This document shows positions 63,905 through 64,000 of a DNA stretch of 64,000 nucleotides, one piece after another. The notes under the pieces were generated by a model that was given only the letters and a program-made list of their open reading frames with translations, was not told where the DNA came from and searched no databases. Positions within the stretch are counted from its first letter, which is position 1; the number at the start of each line of letters is the position of its first letter. The position numbers were made by a program, and so were the translations under genes. This DNA is from Octopus vulgaris. Lineage: Eukaryota. Location: positions 182,156,001 to 182,220,000 of the forward strand of contig OX597815.1 of assembly GCA_951406725.2 (NCBI GenBank). The letters are read 5' to 3'.

Positions 63905-64000
63905 TCTTTTCTACTCTAGGCACAAGACCCCAAATTTTGGGACAGGGGTCCAGTCGATTAGATCGACCCCAGTACGCAACTGGCACTTAAATTTATCGAC
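63905..64000 (-). mobile_element. SINE family A 3' part (runs off the window)
   Basis: TTCTACTCTAGGCACAAG...GATCGACCCCAGTACGCAACTGG. Confidence 0.75.

Overview
AT-rich, repeat-saturated eukaryotic DNA, intronic or intergenic. The repeat families look like those of an octopus (coleoid cephalopod) genome, which is an inference and not a database match. No intact host protein-coding gene is supportable; nearly all listed ORFs are translations of microsatellites or SINEs. The window holds about 25 copies of one tRNA-derived SINE (often dimeric, once tetrameric, many with target-site duplications) and three or four other SINE families. It also holds five non-autonomous Helitrons, an internally deleted mariner, a mariner-type MITE, two Chapaev3-like transposase relics, and 3' fragments of RTE, CR1, R4/Dong and CRE non-LTR retrotransposons, plus a Penelope GIY-YIG remnant. 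The most notable signal is about a dozen minimal type-I hammerhead ribozyme (HHR) motifs from at least 6 unrelated sequence families. They sit in small non-coding elements: a tRNA-headed (Pol III) SINE-like element, a retrozyme-like 1.2-mer and fold-back palindromes. Two families carry the compensatory U3-A8 core variant. All motifs were read by eye; activity is untested and many boundaries are approximate.
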